DNA of 64,000 nucleotides, taken from assembly GCA_050010755.1 (NCBI GenBank), contig JBEKKK010000001.1, forward strand, positions 512,001-576,000. The letters run 5' to 3'. Every line of letters starts with the position of its first letter. The stretch's first letter is position 1. Positions 48,685-58,821 of the stretch are shown here, one piece after another. The translations under genes and the position numbers were made by a program. The stretch comes from Candidatus Bathyarchaeia archaeon. Its GTDB lineage: Archaea; Thermoproteota; Bathyarchaeia; Bathyarchaeales; Bathycorpusculaceae. Under the pieces are notes generated by a model that searched no databases, was not told the origin of the DNA, and worked only from the letters and a program-made list of their open reading frames with translations.

Positions 48685-49968
48685 CTAGGGGTAGAATCTT
48701 CTGGTTGTCCTTGGGAAGGGTATGGCGTCTATGATATTGTCCAGGTCAAGCATCCATGTTAACAGTCTCTCAAGTCCCATTCCGAACCCGACGTGCGGGA
48801 CGGTTCCATATCGCCGCAAATCGATGTACCAGTCATAGTCTTCTTCTTTCAACCCGAGTTCGTTCAGTCTCGCAACGAGCCTTTCTTTATCGTCTTCTCT
48901 CGCGCCGCCCGTGGAGATTTCGCCTATTCTTGGAACGAGCATGTCGGTTGACATGGCCAGGTCCGGTTTGTCCCTGTGAATCTTGCAGTAGAAGGCCTTG
49001 ATCTGTTTGGGATAATCGTATATGAAGAAGGGTTTGCCGAAGTCGTCCGCGAGGGCTTTCTCTTCTTCGTACCCGAGATCGTCCCCCCATTTTGTCGCGA
49101 AATTCTTTGTGTTCAACCTGTCGATTGCTTCCGTATAGGTTATCTTCGGGAACGGTGTTTTTACCGAGGCGAGTTTTGAAAGGTCCGCGCCTAATTCTTG
49201 AAACTCTGGTTTGCAGGTCTCAACGGCTCGCTGGCAGATGTGGGCCACGAGCTCCTCTTCGAGCCGTGTCAAGTCGTTCATGTCTGCGAACGCCTGTTCG
49301 GCTTCGATGTGCCAATACTCGGTCAGGTGTCTGATGGTTCGGCTCTTCTCCGCCCTGAAGGAAGGAGCTATGCAGTACACTTTTTCCAGAGAATAGATCA
49401 AGATTTCAAGGTAGAGCTGGGCGCTTTGGGTCATGTACATGTTCTGGTCGAAATACTTCAAGCTGAACAGCGTTGAGCCTCCCTCGCAAGCACTCGTTAT
49501 GAACATTGGCGGAGAGACTTCCGTGAAATTCTGACTCTCAAAGAATTCACGAGTGAACCTTTGCACTCGACTCCGAACTTTCATCACCAGGTTCATCTTG
49601 CGGCTTCGAAGCCACAGATGGCGCACGTCACGCAGAAACTCTTCGCTCTTGTCCTTCGTTATAGGAAAGAGATCGGCCAAGCCTATTATCGACATTTTCT
49701 CCGTAACGATCTCATACCCGCCTGGAGCACGCGTATCCTTCCTCACGGTTCCATCTAGCGTCAGAGAAGATTCAATCGTGATTTTCTCCGCATCTGCCCA
49801 AGCTGGGCTTTCCTTCTTCACTGGGCATTGGACAATTCCAGTCGAGTCTCGTATGAGCAGAAATATATTCTGTTTCCCCTCCCTCTTTCGGTAGATCCAA
49901 CCTCGTATCGAGACTTTCTGGTCCTCAAATCCTCCAGCCAGAACCTGTTGAATCGGAACGAAGCTCAT
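48685..49968 (-). CDS. asnS: Asparagine--tRNA ligase
   Basis: OB anticodon domain, EGGSTLF, FRAEKSRTIRHLTEYW, WYIDLRRYGTVPH.GFGMGLER. Confidence 0.9.
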   Translation of the reverse strand: MSFVPIQQVLAGGFEDQKVSIRGWIYRKREGKQNIFLLIRDSTGIVQCPVKKESPAWADAEKITIESSLTLDGTVRKDTRAPGGYEIVTEKMSIIGLADLFPITKDKSEEFLRDVRHLWLRSRKMNLVMKVRSRVQRFTREFFESQNFTEVSPPMFITSACEGGSTLFSLKYFDQNMYMTQSAQLYLEILIYSLEKVYCIAPSFRAEKSRTIRHLTEYWHIEAEQAFADMNDLTRLEEELVAHICQRAVETCKPEFQELGADLSKLASVKTPFPKITYTEAIDRLNTKNFATKWGDDLGYEEEKALADDFGKPFFIYDYPKQIKAFYCKIHRDKPDLAMSTDMLVPRIGEISTGGAREDDKERLVARLNELGLKEEDYDWYIDLRRYGTVPHVGFGMGLERLLTWMLDLDNIIDAIPFPRTTRRFYP

Positions 49969-50103
49969 ACGTGCCAACCTTCTCTTCCAATACTGCTTGC
50001 AGACCTAAAAATCTATCCTGAACTTCAAACTCCTTTAGCACGCGCAGATTCTTGATATGGCTCTTTAAGGTAATAGCACGGGTAGACTAAATTTGGAGTT
50101 GAT

Positions 50104-51039
50104 GTGATGGCGCTTGTGGGTTCAGAGCGTGGTCTCAAAGGAATCCCGAATGAAACCATGAGACTGCTTTTTGAGAGGTCGAGTTGCCGAAGTTTCTTGG
50201 ATAAGAAGATTCCAGAAAATGTTCTGAGTCTTGTTCTTGAGGCGGGGACTCACGCTCCGACAGCGGGAAACCTGCAGCCCTATTCCATCATAAGAATAGA
50301 GAACGAAGAAATGAAGCAGAAACTGGCTGAAATGTGTGAACAGAGTTCCATAGGCAAGTCTCCAGTGCTCCTGCTGTTCTGCCTCGACTTGCACCGCAAC
50401 GAGAGATGGGCAAAACTGGAGACTGCTCCCTACACTGCAACCAGTTCCTTCCGCCACTTCTGGGTGTCATTCCAAGACACTATCATATGCGCGCAGAACA
50501 TCTGCACGGCTGCAGACTCGATGGGGCTGGGCTCGGTATACATCGGCACGGTAATCGACAAACCTTCTGAAATTCAGGCGATGTTCAAGCTGCCGAAAGG
50601 AGTGTTTCCAGTCGTCCTCGTCTGCATGGGATACCCAACGAAGAGAATGAAACCGCGAAACAAACTAGGAGCCAAAGTTGTCGTCCATCCGGAATGCTAC
50701 CGGGAAATAAAAGACCAGGAAATCATAGAAGCCTACGACCAGAAGTACAGCGACGAGAAGCATCAAAGTGCGAAACTCGGCATTTCCGAAGAAAGATTGA
50801 AGACAATAATGAAAGTGTGCCGCACAGTCAACGGAGAAAAGTTCGCTAAGAAATGCGCCGACCGAATCAAGGCCAATGGATACATAAACATAGCACAACA
50901 CTATTTCGGACTCCATTACCGCGCTGATGAAATGCCCAAAGGAAATGATGACTACCTCAGACTGATGGAAAAATCCGGCTTCAAATGGTTCAAGAAATAC
51001 CAAGCTCCATTCTCAGTTAAAAGAACACAAAGAGAATGA
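50104..51039 (+). CDS. Nitroreductase family protein
   Basis: RSSCRSF, APTAGNLQP, GLGSVYIG, MGYP. Confidence 0.9.
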   Translation: MMALVGSERGLKGIPNETMRLLFERSSCRSFLDKKIPENVLSLVLEAGTHAPTAGNLQPYSIIRIENEEMKQKLAEMCEQSSIGKSPVLLLFCLDLHRNERWAKLETAPYTATSSFRHFWVSFQDTIICAQNICTAADSMGLGSVYIGTVIDKPSEIQAMFKLPKGVFPVVLVCMGYPTKRMKPRNKLGAKVVVHPECYREIKDQEIIEAYDQKYSDEKHQSAKLGISEERLKTIMKVCRTVNGEKFAKKCADRIKANGYINIAQHYFGLHYRADEMPKGNDDYLRLMEKSGFKWFKKYQAPFSVKRTQRE

Positions 51040-51420
51040 AACAACCGTCGGTTCCGTCCGATTGCAGTCTCAACCATTGCAAGAAAGAAGAGGCATTGGA
51101 CCGGTTGAGATATCCAAGGAGTTGTAGATAGCTCTGTTTGTCTTTGTCATATAGCGACAGTCTCTCCAATCATTTCTAACGTTAATGCAGCAAATCCGAA
51201 CTGCAGATCGTAAGGGTCATTGCTCAATCCGAAGGCTATGAAACCCAGATTTGAATACAAGACTATGATGCCTCTCCAGAGCAGGCGGTTGCGAGAATCC
51301 CAACACAGGAATACTGCTACGAGAAGATCCTCAATCTCCTCACGATTGTCAAAAACCATATAGAAGGCGTACGGTAATATTACAGAAACCATTTAGGTGC
51401 AGGAGTGCTTTGGGACTTAT

Positions 51421-52041
51421 TTATTGAACATTTATGGTCACAGCGTACACTTCTCCGAGTCCCTGCATCTCATTGATGCCCGCGGCACGCGTGCTTGCTG
51501 GAACCTCGTCGCCTTGAAGGATTGGCAAGAAACTGATGTGGATTGTGTAAGTTCCGGCTGGGACGGTGCTTGCCGTGTTTATCGTGTATTGGAACGTGGT
51601 TTCTCCCAAAGTGGTGGGTATCAGTGGAACCGTACTGAGCGGCAAAGCAGTGGCATTATCTAATGCCACTTGATTTATTTGTGGCACGTCGTAAAGGTTG
51701 CCGTACATGTTTAGCGAAACTGACAATCCCGCTGGCAATGCAGTGGCGGACTGATTGAACCCTCCACCCGCGTAATCGTATATTAGCAATGGATCAGCTT
51801 CGGTAACATTCACTTGTATGGTTCCCTTCCCTGCTGAACCTGAAGCAACCGTCAACTCTGAAGCATTGCCCCCGCTAAACTGAAAAGATATTGGACCCAC
51901 GTATGTTATGTCGTTGGGTGCAGTAGGCTTCAGCTTTGTGCCCGTGAAACCTAGGTTGTAACATAGTACACCGAGAATCAGGGCCAGAAGAACGGCTGCA
52001 ACGCCGTAGGTTCGAGTTTTCCTCTTGATTTCTTTTTGCAT
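51421..52041 (-). CDS. Membrane-anchored or secreted Ig-like hypothetical protein
   Basis: Basic N-terminus, TM, Thr/Ser-rich beta strands with PAGTYTI. Confidence 0.7.
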   Translation of the reverse strand: MQKEIKRKTRTYGVAAVLLALILGVLCYNLGFTGTKLKPTAPNDITYVGPISFQFSGGNASELTVASGSAGKGTIQVNVTEADPLLIYDYAGGGFNQSATALPAGLSVSLNMYGNLYDVPQINQVALDNATALPLSTVPLIPTTLGETTFQYTINTASTVPAGTYTIHISFLPILQGDEVPASTRAAGINEMQGLGEVYAVTINVQ

Positions 52042-52076
52042 CTTGAATTACCACTATTACGTATTGTCTTCATCGG

Positions 52077-52109
52077 ATTTTATCCTACGCTTTGGTACAT
52101 CGTGTTCCA
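52077..52109 (-). promoter_or_regulatory. Promoter TAGGATAAAAT with operator TGGAAC-N5-GTACCA
   Basis: Same 11-bp core and same spacing to the operator as 28294-28326. Confidence 0.6.
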
Positions 52110-52113
52110 GAAG

Positions 52114-52560
52114 TTAGTACGGTTTCAGGGACCATATGCGGAAGGCTTCAAACCAGAAGATTGCCGTGACGATGGCTCCGAAAGTGAGGATGAACAGGTT
52201 TTCGCGCGTGAACCCCTGCATCAACACGAATATGTAGAAAAGATAGAAGCTGGTGGAGAAGATAGCGTAGAAGAAGTACCTCGGAAACAGGAGCCTGCCC
52301 AGCTTGACAAAATGTCGAAGCACTCCAATCTTTACTTCGCTGGTTAAAGAGTAGGTGCCACCGACCTCCTCCTTCTTGACCAGTCCCAGCTGTCGAAGCT
52401 GCTCAAGATGATGCTGCGCCACGCTCGGGCTGCTGAAACGCAGAGTTTTCTGAACTTCGCGAACGCTCATAGGCCGACCATTCTTAAGAAGAAGCCAATA
52501 AACATTCCAATCCTTGCCGCGAAGTGCATACTCAAAAACCGCTTCATCTTCAGTGCTCAA
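52114..52560 (-). CDS. wHTH transcription regulator with two C-terminal TM helices
   Basis: VYWLLLKNGRPMSVREVQKTLRFSSPSVAQHHLEQL followed by two hydrophobic segments. Confidence 0.82.
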   Translation of the reverse strand: MSTEDEAVFEYALRGKDWNVYWLLLKNGRPMSVREVQKTLRFSSPSVAQHHLEQLRQLGLVKKEEVGGTYSLTSEVKIGVLRHFVKLGRLLFPRYFFYAIFSTSFYLFYIFVLMQGFTRENLFILTFGAIVTAIFWFEAFRIWSLKPY

Positions 52561-52712
52561 TTACAGCATGCCTCTCCATAGATACAAGTCAGAGTCACTT
52601 ATAATTCCAGTTATTAGAACGGTAGATGTAATATGCACCGTTCTGGCCATCGCCTAGGCGTTTTAGAGTGACAATAGAACAACATTTTGAAAAGACTTTG
52701 AGCGTCAACTTT

Positions 52713-53567
52713 TCACTTTACAGCGCCCGCGATGAATGCCAAGAGTCCGATGACGAACCACAGGAGCACGTTCTTCTTAATTTTTCTAGCGTTTTCCCTC
52801 GAATAGTCCTTGAGGAGCAAGAAGGATGAGGCGCCAAGCCCAACATCGGTCACGAGCACGAGAGGAATGAACCAGAAGGATACGAGTCCAAGAAGCCAAG
52901 GTATCGGACTCAACAGAACCGCCGAGACATAGAATGAGGCGGCTGCTATTGCGGCGCCTCTTTCGCCGTAGCGCACAGCCAGGGTCTTAACGTTCGCAGC
53001 CATGTCTCCCTTCACATCCACAATCCCCTTAGTTACTTCTCTTCCAGTGTTCGAAAGAAAAGCCATGGAGGCAAAGAGCAGAACATTCAACCTCACGGCA
53101 GCCACTATCGCTAAGCTTCCGTAAATGAACGGTATCGCCACGCATAAGCTGACCAGAAAGTTGCCCGGTAAGCCGCTTCTCTTTCCAAAAGTGGTGTAAG
53201 TTGCCAAAGCCATCCAAGCGATTACAGCGGTGACGAGACAGTAAGGGTTTGTCAAGAGGGCAAAGACAAAGCCCAAGATTGAAAGAATCGCCGCGAATAT
53301 TAGAGCATTCTTGGGTTTGATGAGACCGCTGGGGATGGGACGTTTCGGTTCGTTTATGGCGTCAATCTGCCGGTCGTAGTAATCGTTTATGACCATTGAA
53401 GCAGCGGTCAGCGTGAAACCGGTGACGAAACCGTAGACAAGGTTTGGCCAAGAACTGGTGCTTATGCTTGGGTTGGCGAGTGCTGCGCCGACGATCACGG
53501 CGATGCCCATCATCAGGCAGTTCACAGGACGGGTCAGGCGCCCGAAGCCGCCGATTTTGCTCATCAT
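52713..53567 (-). CDS. Digeranylgeranylglyceryl phosphate synthase (UbiA family)
   Basis: RPVNC, NDYYDRQIDAINEPKRPIPSG, REVTKGIVDVKGD. Confidence 0.88.
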   Translation of the reverse strand: MMSKIGGFGRLTRPVNCLMMGIAVIVGAALANPSISTSSWPNLVYGFVTGFTLTAASMVINDYYDRQIDAINEPKRPIPSGLIKPKNALIFAAILSILGFVFALLTNPYCLVTAVIAWMALATYTTFGKRSGLPGNFLVSLCVAIPFIYGSLAIVAAVRLNVLLFASMAFLSNTGREVTKGIVDVKGDMAANVKTLAVRYGERGAAIAAASFYVSAVLLSPIPWLLGLVSFWFIPLVLVTDVGLGASSFLLLKDYSRENARKIKKNVLLWFVIGLLAFIAGAVK

Positions 53568-53694
53568 CGTTTAGACCTTGCCTCGATTCTATGGATTTTC
53601 AGCAGGAGCTAGTTATAAGATTTCTCGGATGAATTCGAAAGTTTAATACGTTTTCACGCCAAATAATCCATTAAAGCTCGTTGGTGACGAAATC

Positions 53695-54966
53695 TTGAGC
53701 AACAATTACTCGTTAGACAGGTTGAGGGTGATAATCCCAGTTGGGGGAAAGGCCACTCGTCTCCTGCCACTCACAGCCGAGACCAGCAAGGCGTGTCTGC
53801 GACTGCTGAACAGGCCGATGATAGATTTTTCGTTGCTGCCTCTTGCCCGTCAGGGCATCAAGAACTTCATTTTCGGTGTCAAAGGCTACACTAACTACCG
53901 GGATTTGCATGATTATTTTGAATCAGGCTACGGGTTTTCCGCCAGATATGACATAAAGCCGCGCGTTCACATCAAGTATCAGCCTAACGTGGACGATTTC
54001 GGAAGCGCAAGCTCCGCAATGATAAACATGGACTACTACGACGTCAAGGATCCGGTTTTCGCAGTGCAGGGCGACAACATTTTCGACGTCGACGTGAACA
54101 AACTCGTAAAGTTCCACGAAAAAAAAGGCGCTGTCATGACGATTGCGCTGAGAAGGGTTGAGAACGTCGAAGGCTACGGAATAGCTGACATAAACAAGGA
54201 AATGAGGATTTCAAGGTTTGTTGAAAAGCCCACGCCGAAGGAAGCGCCTTCGGATCTTGCCAACACGGGTCTGTACATGTTCTCTCCCGAGATAAGGAAG
54301 ATATTCAAAGAAAAAGGAGTCGCGCAAATAATCAAAGAGCGACACCGCCTCGACTTTGGCTTCGACTTCATCCCCTACTTGATTAGCACCGGCAGACCTG
54401 TCTACGGTTTCACCTTGGAGGGAAGCTGGTACGACGTGGGAACACCTCGACGCTACTTGGAAGCAATGCACGACATGCTCGACGGACGCTTCTCATCCCT
54501 GACCGACTTCGGAGGAAGAATAGACGAGAAAAAACGGATATGGGTCCAGGGAGAAAGCACGGAGTCAATGAAGAGAAGAAAGGAAATCCTCAGAAAAATC
54601 AACCTGAAGAAAATAGAGATTGAAGGCTCCGTCCTCATCGGAAGACACTGCAAGATAGCCGACGGAGTGAAAATAGTCGACTCTTGCATAGACAACTACA
54701 CACAAATCGGCGAGAACGTCGAAATAAACAACTCCGCGGTCATGGACAGGGTCATAATCGGCGAAAACGCCGAGGTCAAAGAAAGCATCGTTGGACGACA
54801 TGTCACCGTCCAGTCAACCGCCAAAAAACCCACCAAAATAAACTCTACCACAGTCATCGCCGACGACGTAATAATATCCGAGGGCTGCGTACTAGAGGGA
54901 ACCAAAATCTATCCACACCAATACGTCAGAGGACAGTTCACAAACCAAACACTCATGCCAGGCTAA
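53695..54966 (+). CDS. NDP-sugar pyrophosphorylase (GlgC/mannose-1-P guanylyltransferase-like)
   Basis: GGKATRLLPLT...K, FVEKP, DFG, WYDVG, C-terminal hexapeptide beta-helix. Confidence 0.88.
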   Translation: MSNNYSLDRLRVIIPVGGKATRLLPLTAETSKACLRLLNRPMIDFSLLPLARQGIKNFIFGVKGYTNYRDLHDYFESGYGFSARYDIKPRVHIKYQPNVDDFGSASSAMINMDYYDVKDPVFAVQGDNIFDVDVNKLVKFHEKKGAVMTIALRRVENVEGYGIADINKEMRISRFVEKPTPKEAPSDLANTGLYMFSPEIRKIFKEKGVAQIIKERHRLDFGFDFIPYLISTGRPVYGFTLEGSWYDVGTPRRYLEAMHDMLDGRFSSLTDFGGRIDEKKRIWVQGESTESMKRRKEILRKINLKKIEIEGSVLIGRHCKIADGVKIVDSCIDNYTQIGENVEINNSAVMDRVIIGENAEVKESIVGRHVTVQSTAKKPTKINSTTVIADDVIISEGCVLEGTKIYPHQYVRGQFTNQTLMPG

Positions 54967-55063
54967 ACCCAACCCATGTGCCAGGTCAACCCCGACGCAC
55001 AATCCAACGCCCACATCTGCCTTTCCCAAACAGAATAGACCTTCTTGAAATCGGAGATAGAAC

Positions 55064-55537
55064 ATGCCTCTCAACTTGAACGAAATCAGAACGAGAACCG
55101 TTTCAGCAAACGATTACATCAACAATCTGGAAGAGCCCTTCAAGGAAAAATTCCTGACAAGGAAACAAACGTACCAGCTTAACCCAGAAGCCATCAACCA
55201 ACTCAAAGCGTTTGCAGGCAAATACGTCATCATCGCCTTTTCAGCAACATGGTGCAAAGACTGCGCACTAAACATTCCTGTTCTAGCCATGATAAACGAA
55301 ACAGCAGCAGTGGAGGTCAGAGTCTTCGGTGGGCTAAAGAAAGATCCGCTGGATCAAGTGCACAAATGGCGAATCCCGCCTTCCCCGCAAGAAGTGGAAA
55401 CACTGAACGTTGAGAAGATCCCACTCATCATAGTCGCCGATGCAGAGGGGAACGAAATAGGCAGAATAATAGAAAACCCCTCGCACCAACCCACTCTGGA
55501 ACAAGAAATCAGCGAAATCATCAGGTCCAAACAATAG
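55064..55537 (+). CDS. Thioredoxin-like protein
   Basis: WCKDC, cis-Pro KIP, GRIIE. Confidence 0.85.
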   Translation: MPLNLNEIRTRTVSANDYINNLEEPFKEKFLTRKQTYQLNPEAINQLKAFAGKYVIIAFSATWCKDCALNIPVLAMINETAAVEVRVFGGLKKDPLDQVHKWRIPPSPQEVETLNVEKIPLIIVADAEGNEIGRIIENPSHQPTLEQEISEIIRSKQ

Positions 55538-55579
55538 CCCTGTTCTGCAACTCTGCGCTTCTCTGATGCTGTCGTGTGT

Positions 55580-56137
55580 TCAGGCTTTGAACCATTTGAA
55601 TATCAGATACTCTACCTTGCCCTTTTCACTGCCAGGCACAGCTATTATGAATCTCTTTCTGACAGTGGTTGCGAGTCTTCCGGCCTTGACAATTTCTGTG
55701 GCCGTCATCTCGGAGTCGGCCTGCTTCACTGAGACCATGTATGGCGCGTGTTCCACCCCTGGTCCATGCTTGTACACTGCGAAGTCGCACCCAAATTTTA
55801 TTCCCGGTGTCACAACGAGGCCATTGTCGCGGAGGTCCTTGTAAACAGTATATTTTTCTTCGAATTCGCTGTACAGCTGCTTGGCCATTTGACGGAGTTT
55901 TTTCAGGCTTACCTTCTTTTTGGCGGTGCCTTCGTATACTGTTATGTTTCCTTTTTCTGTGAGGTACAGGCCCTCCATCAGATCTAGAATGAGAGGCACG
56001 TTGAACTCTGGGATTTTAGGTTTGGCGATTCCGAGGGGTTTTCCGTAGAAGCCTTTCTTGTAGAGTTCTGAGCCTTCTTCCGGTTTCCAAACTACTAGGA
56101 AATTTTCGATTAGCTCCACGCCGATTTTCTTGGGCAC
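55580..56137 (-). CDS. endA: tRNA-splicing endonuclease catalytic subunit
   Basis: GIKFGCDFAVY, H and K catalytic residues (EHAPY, VRKR). Confidence 0.92.
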   Translation of the reverse strand: MPKKIGVELIENFLVVWKPEEGSELYKKGFYGKPLGIAKPKIPEFNVPLILDLMEGLYLTEKGNITVYEGTAKKKVSLKKLRQMAKQLYSEFEEKYTVYKDLRDNGLVVTPGIKFGCDFAVYKHGPGVEHAPYMVSVKQADSEMTATEIVKAGRLATTVRKRFIIAVPGSEKGKVEYLIFKWFKA

Positions 56138-56152
56138 CTTTTTTCTCGTCCT

Positions 56153-56812
56153 TTACATCATAAAAGAGAGAATTCGAGCGGCGTCGGAAGCATCTTCTGC
56201 TTTGTCCGCTGAGTCCTCGAGTAGCTGCAGAACATCTCTCATCAGGATCAATGCTGGAAACTCCACTTTGCTGCCGAGCAGTTTAATCTCGAGGTCTCTG
56301 TACAGCAGGTCGACGTTCTGTTCGGCTAACTCCACGTCTCTGGCCTTTTCCATCGTCTTTGTCGAGCCGTAGTTGAGGGCCATAACCATCTCTCTGAGCT
56401 TGAGCACCGTCTCGAAAACAGCCTCTGAAAGCCCTAGCAAATCCTTCTTTATGTCCATCGGCACGTTCCAGTTGTGCTGCATTATCTCGACAAGTCGGAA
56501 AGCTATGCCTTCAGAAAAATCTGCGATTTCGCTGGTCAAATTCGTGAACCTTAGGAAATCCTCTCTGCTGAGCAGGATTGCGCCTATCTCGGCGAGTTCC
56601 TGCGAAACTAATCGTCTCGCCTTGTCCACTTCAGCTTCGCCGCCTGTGACTTCGTTAAAAAGCTGTGTCGCCTTCTCCTTGTCGTTCTTCATGAAGTAAT
56701 CTATCATTTGAGGAACTTTTCTAGTCAGATCCAAGACCTTCCGTACGTGGTCTTGGCAAACGTTCAACGCTCTGCGCTTTACGCGTTCCTCAGTTTCTGC
56801 TGGAAGCACCAA
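56153..56812 (-). CDS. DUF47/PhoU-like helical protein
   Basis: REDFLR, E..VD, LEDSADKAED pattern. Confidence 0.8.
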   Translation of the reverse strand: MVLPAETEERVKRRALNVCQDHVRKVLDLTRKVPQMIDYFMKNDKEKATQLFNEVTGGEAEVDKARRLVSQELAEIGAILLSREDFLRFTNLTSEIADFSEGIAFRLVEIMQHNWNVPMDIKKDLLGLSEAVFETVLKLREMVMALNYGSTKTMEKARDVELAEQNVDLLYRDLEIKLLGSKVEFPALILMRDVLQLLEDSADKAEDASDAARILSFMM

Positions 56813-56896
56813 AGATTTTCCCGCCCGCAAAAAGGGCTGTCTTTACCTGCCCTTACATATGACTAATCGTTAAAAAAGGTAACGAAAGCCGCGCGT

Positions 56897-58654
56897 TCAA
56901 ATTGGCGTGCCTAACCCTTCAAAGTTGATTTTGAAACGGAAATATTTCCGCAGGAGTTCGGGCAACTCCGCGATTCTGCTTCGCACCTGCCTCCAACTGT
57001 CTCGATCTCGGATCGTGATGGTACCATCTTTGAGGGTTTCGTAATCAACCGTGATGCCTAGGGGAACGCCGGCCTCGTCTGCGCGGGCGTACCGTCTGCC
57101 AATAGAGCCTGCATCGTCATACTCGGCGATGAAACCCTCTTTGAGCAGCATTTTGTGCAGTTCTAAAGACTTTTCGGGCAGTCCGTCCTTGCTCATGAGA
57201 GGATATACTCCGACTTGCAAGGGGGCAATGTCTCTCGGAAAACTCAGCAGGGCTCTGTCCTCCTTGGTTTGATATGCGTATTCAAAGGCCACGTAGAAGA
57301 GTCGGTCGGAGCCGAAGGTCGGTTCAATGACGAACGGTATGAAACGTCTTCCCCGTTCAAGCGTTTTCTCACGTTTAATGTCCACGTGCTCCCGCAAAAT
57401 TCTGTGTTCGCCAAGTGCAAAGTAGCCGTCCCTCTTCAAGGCCTCTTCCAACTCTTTTGCATCCGTCTTGGAAAGCATTTCAGCGACTTTTCCGGCTTCC
57501 TTCTTGAATGCGGGCCCCAGCTTGGCCATGACAGGCTTAATGACTGTCTGTTCTCTCTCGATGGGCTTTTCATACTCCTTGAAGACGTACATGTCCTGGC
57601 CGCTGAATTCAGCGTGCCGTTTCAAGTCGTAGTCTGTTCGACAGGCGCAGGCGTTCACTTCGAGCCAGCACCATCTTTCAACGAAAACCTCTTGATCGAA
57701 TGTCTCGGAAGAATAGTGAGCTCTCTCCCACGGATGTTTTTCGATGAAACGCTGTTTTTCAGCAGGCACTCCTAGGGCGACCAGCAGCTTCTTCTGCAGT
57801 GCCATGAAAACCGCTTGCCACTCGGCTTTGATGTACTTCTTTTCCAGCGCTTCTTTCACGCTCACCTCTGTGATTTGTTCCGAGCCTTCTAGTCTGTCCT
57901 TCGCCAGGAGAAGCCGTAACGATTCATTTTCTACGTCTTTAAGCATGTGGCAGTCTGGCTCTTCAGGATCGTAGAAGAATTCCAGGTCGGCGATAGTGAA
58001 TTCTCTCAACCGAACCAAGCCTTGACGCGGCGAAATCTCATTCCTCAGGGCTCGGCCTATCTGCATCGCGCCGAAGGGAAGCGTTTCACGTGCAATTTCA
58101 AAAAGCCGCTTGAACTCTACAAAAATGCCCTGCGCGGCTTCAGGCCTCCCGTAGCCCACAGCGTCCGAATAGGGACCTATGCTCGTCTTAAACATGGTCA
58201 GAAACAATCTGGGCTCGTTGAAGACTCCGTCACATTCTGGACAGCGAATCTTCCGCTTTTCAATAGTCTCCTTCAGCTCGGCCAGGCTCATCTTTTCAGC
58301 TTCTGACTCGCTTATCTTTGCAACGTCACGAAGCAGATGATCGGCACGAAACCACTTCTTGCACTTCGAACACTCAACCATGGGCTCCTTGAAATGGTCA
58401 ATGTGACCTGAAGCCTCGAAAACCTTTTCAGGAGTGATAACGGGCGACTCGATCTCCATGATTCCGAGTTCATAAACGAAGAGCTCTCTGAGCTTTCTCT
58501 CAATGTTCTGCTTCACCCTCGCGCCCAAATAGCCGTAGGTCGCAAAGCCGCTTGCGCCGCCATAGATTTCGTAGGATTGCCAAAAAAAACCTCTCCTACG
58601 TGCCAACTCGTTTACGGCCGTGAACTTGTCAACCGTCTTCGTTTCATCCGCCAT
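56897..58654 (-). CDS. glyS: Glycine--tRNA ligase (alpha2 type)
   Basis: RRGFFW, RPEAAQGIF, RNEISPRQGLVRLREF, VIEPTFG, SIGRRYARADE. Confidence 0.95.
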   Translation of the reverse strand: MADETKTVDKFTAVNELARRRGFFWQSYEIYGGASGFATYGYLGARVKQNIERKLRELFVYELGIMEIESPVITPEKVFEASGHIDHFKEPMVECSKCKKWFRADHLLRDVAKISESEAEKMSLAELKETIEKRKIRCPECDGVFNEPRLFLTMFKTSIGPYSDAVGYGRPEAAQGIFVEFKRLFEIARETLPFGAMQIGRALRNEISPRQGLVRLREFTIADLEFFYDPEEPDCHMLKDVENESLRLLLAKDRLEGSEQITEVSVKEALEKKYIKAEWQAVFMALQKKLLVALGVPAEKQRFIEKHPWERAHYSSETFDQEVFVERWCWLEVNACACRTDYDLKRHAEFSGQDMYVFKEYEKPIEREQTVIKPVMAKLGPAFKKEAGKVAEMLSKTDAKELEEALKRDGYFALGEHRILREHVDIKREKTLERGRRFIPFVIEPTFGSDRLFYVAFEYAYQTKEDRALLSFPRDIAPLQVGVYPLMSKDGLPEKSLELHKMLLKEGFIAEYDDAGSIGRRYARADEAGVPLGITVDYETLKDGTITIRDRDSWRQVRSRIAELPELLRKYFRFKINFEGLGTPI

Positions 58655-58821
58655 TTTGTTCAGCCTCTTCTAGACTAAACATTTCAGAGACTTTAAGCTT
58701 ACTAGAACGAAGCACAGGCTCCCGAAGAGCTTCCACGTTTGAGTCTTGATCGCTTTCAATACGCGTTGGGGGCAGCGCAGCATTTTTTAAGCCACGTGCC
58801 GATTAAGAACTGCAAAACAAG

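Noticed and set aside
51147-51392. 81-aa hydrophobic ORF
   Set aside because: No recognisable motif; may be a remnant but cannot be supported
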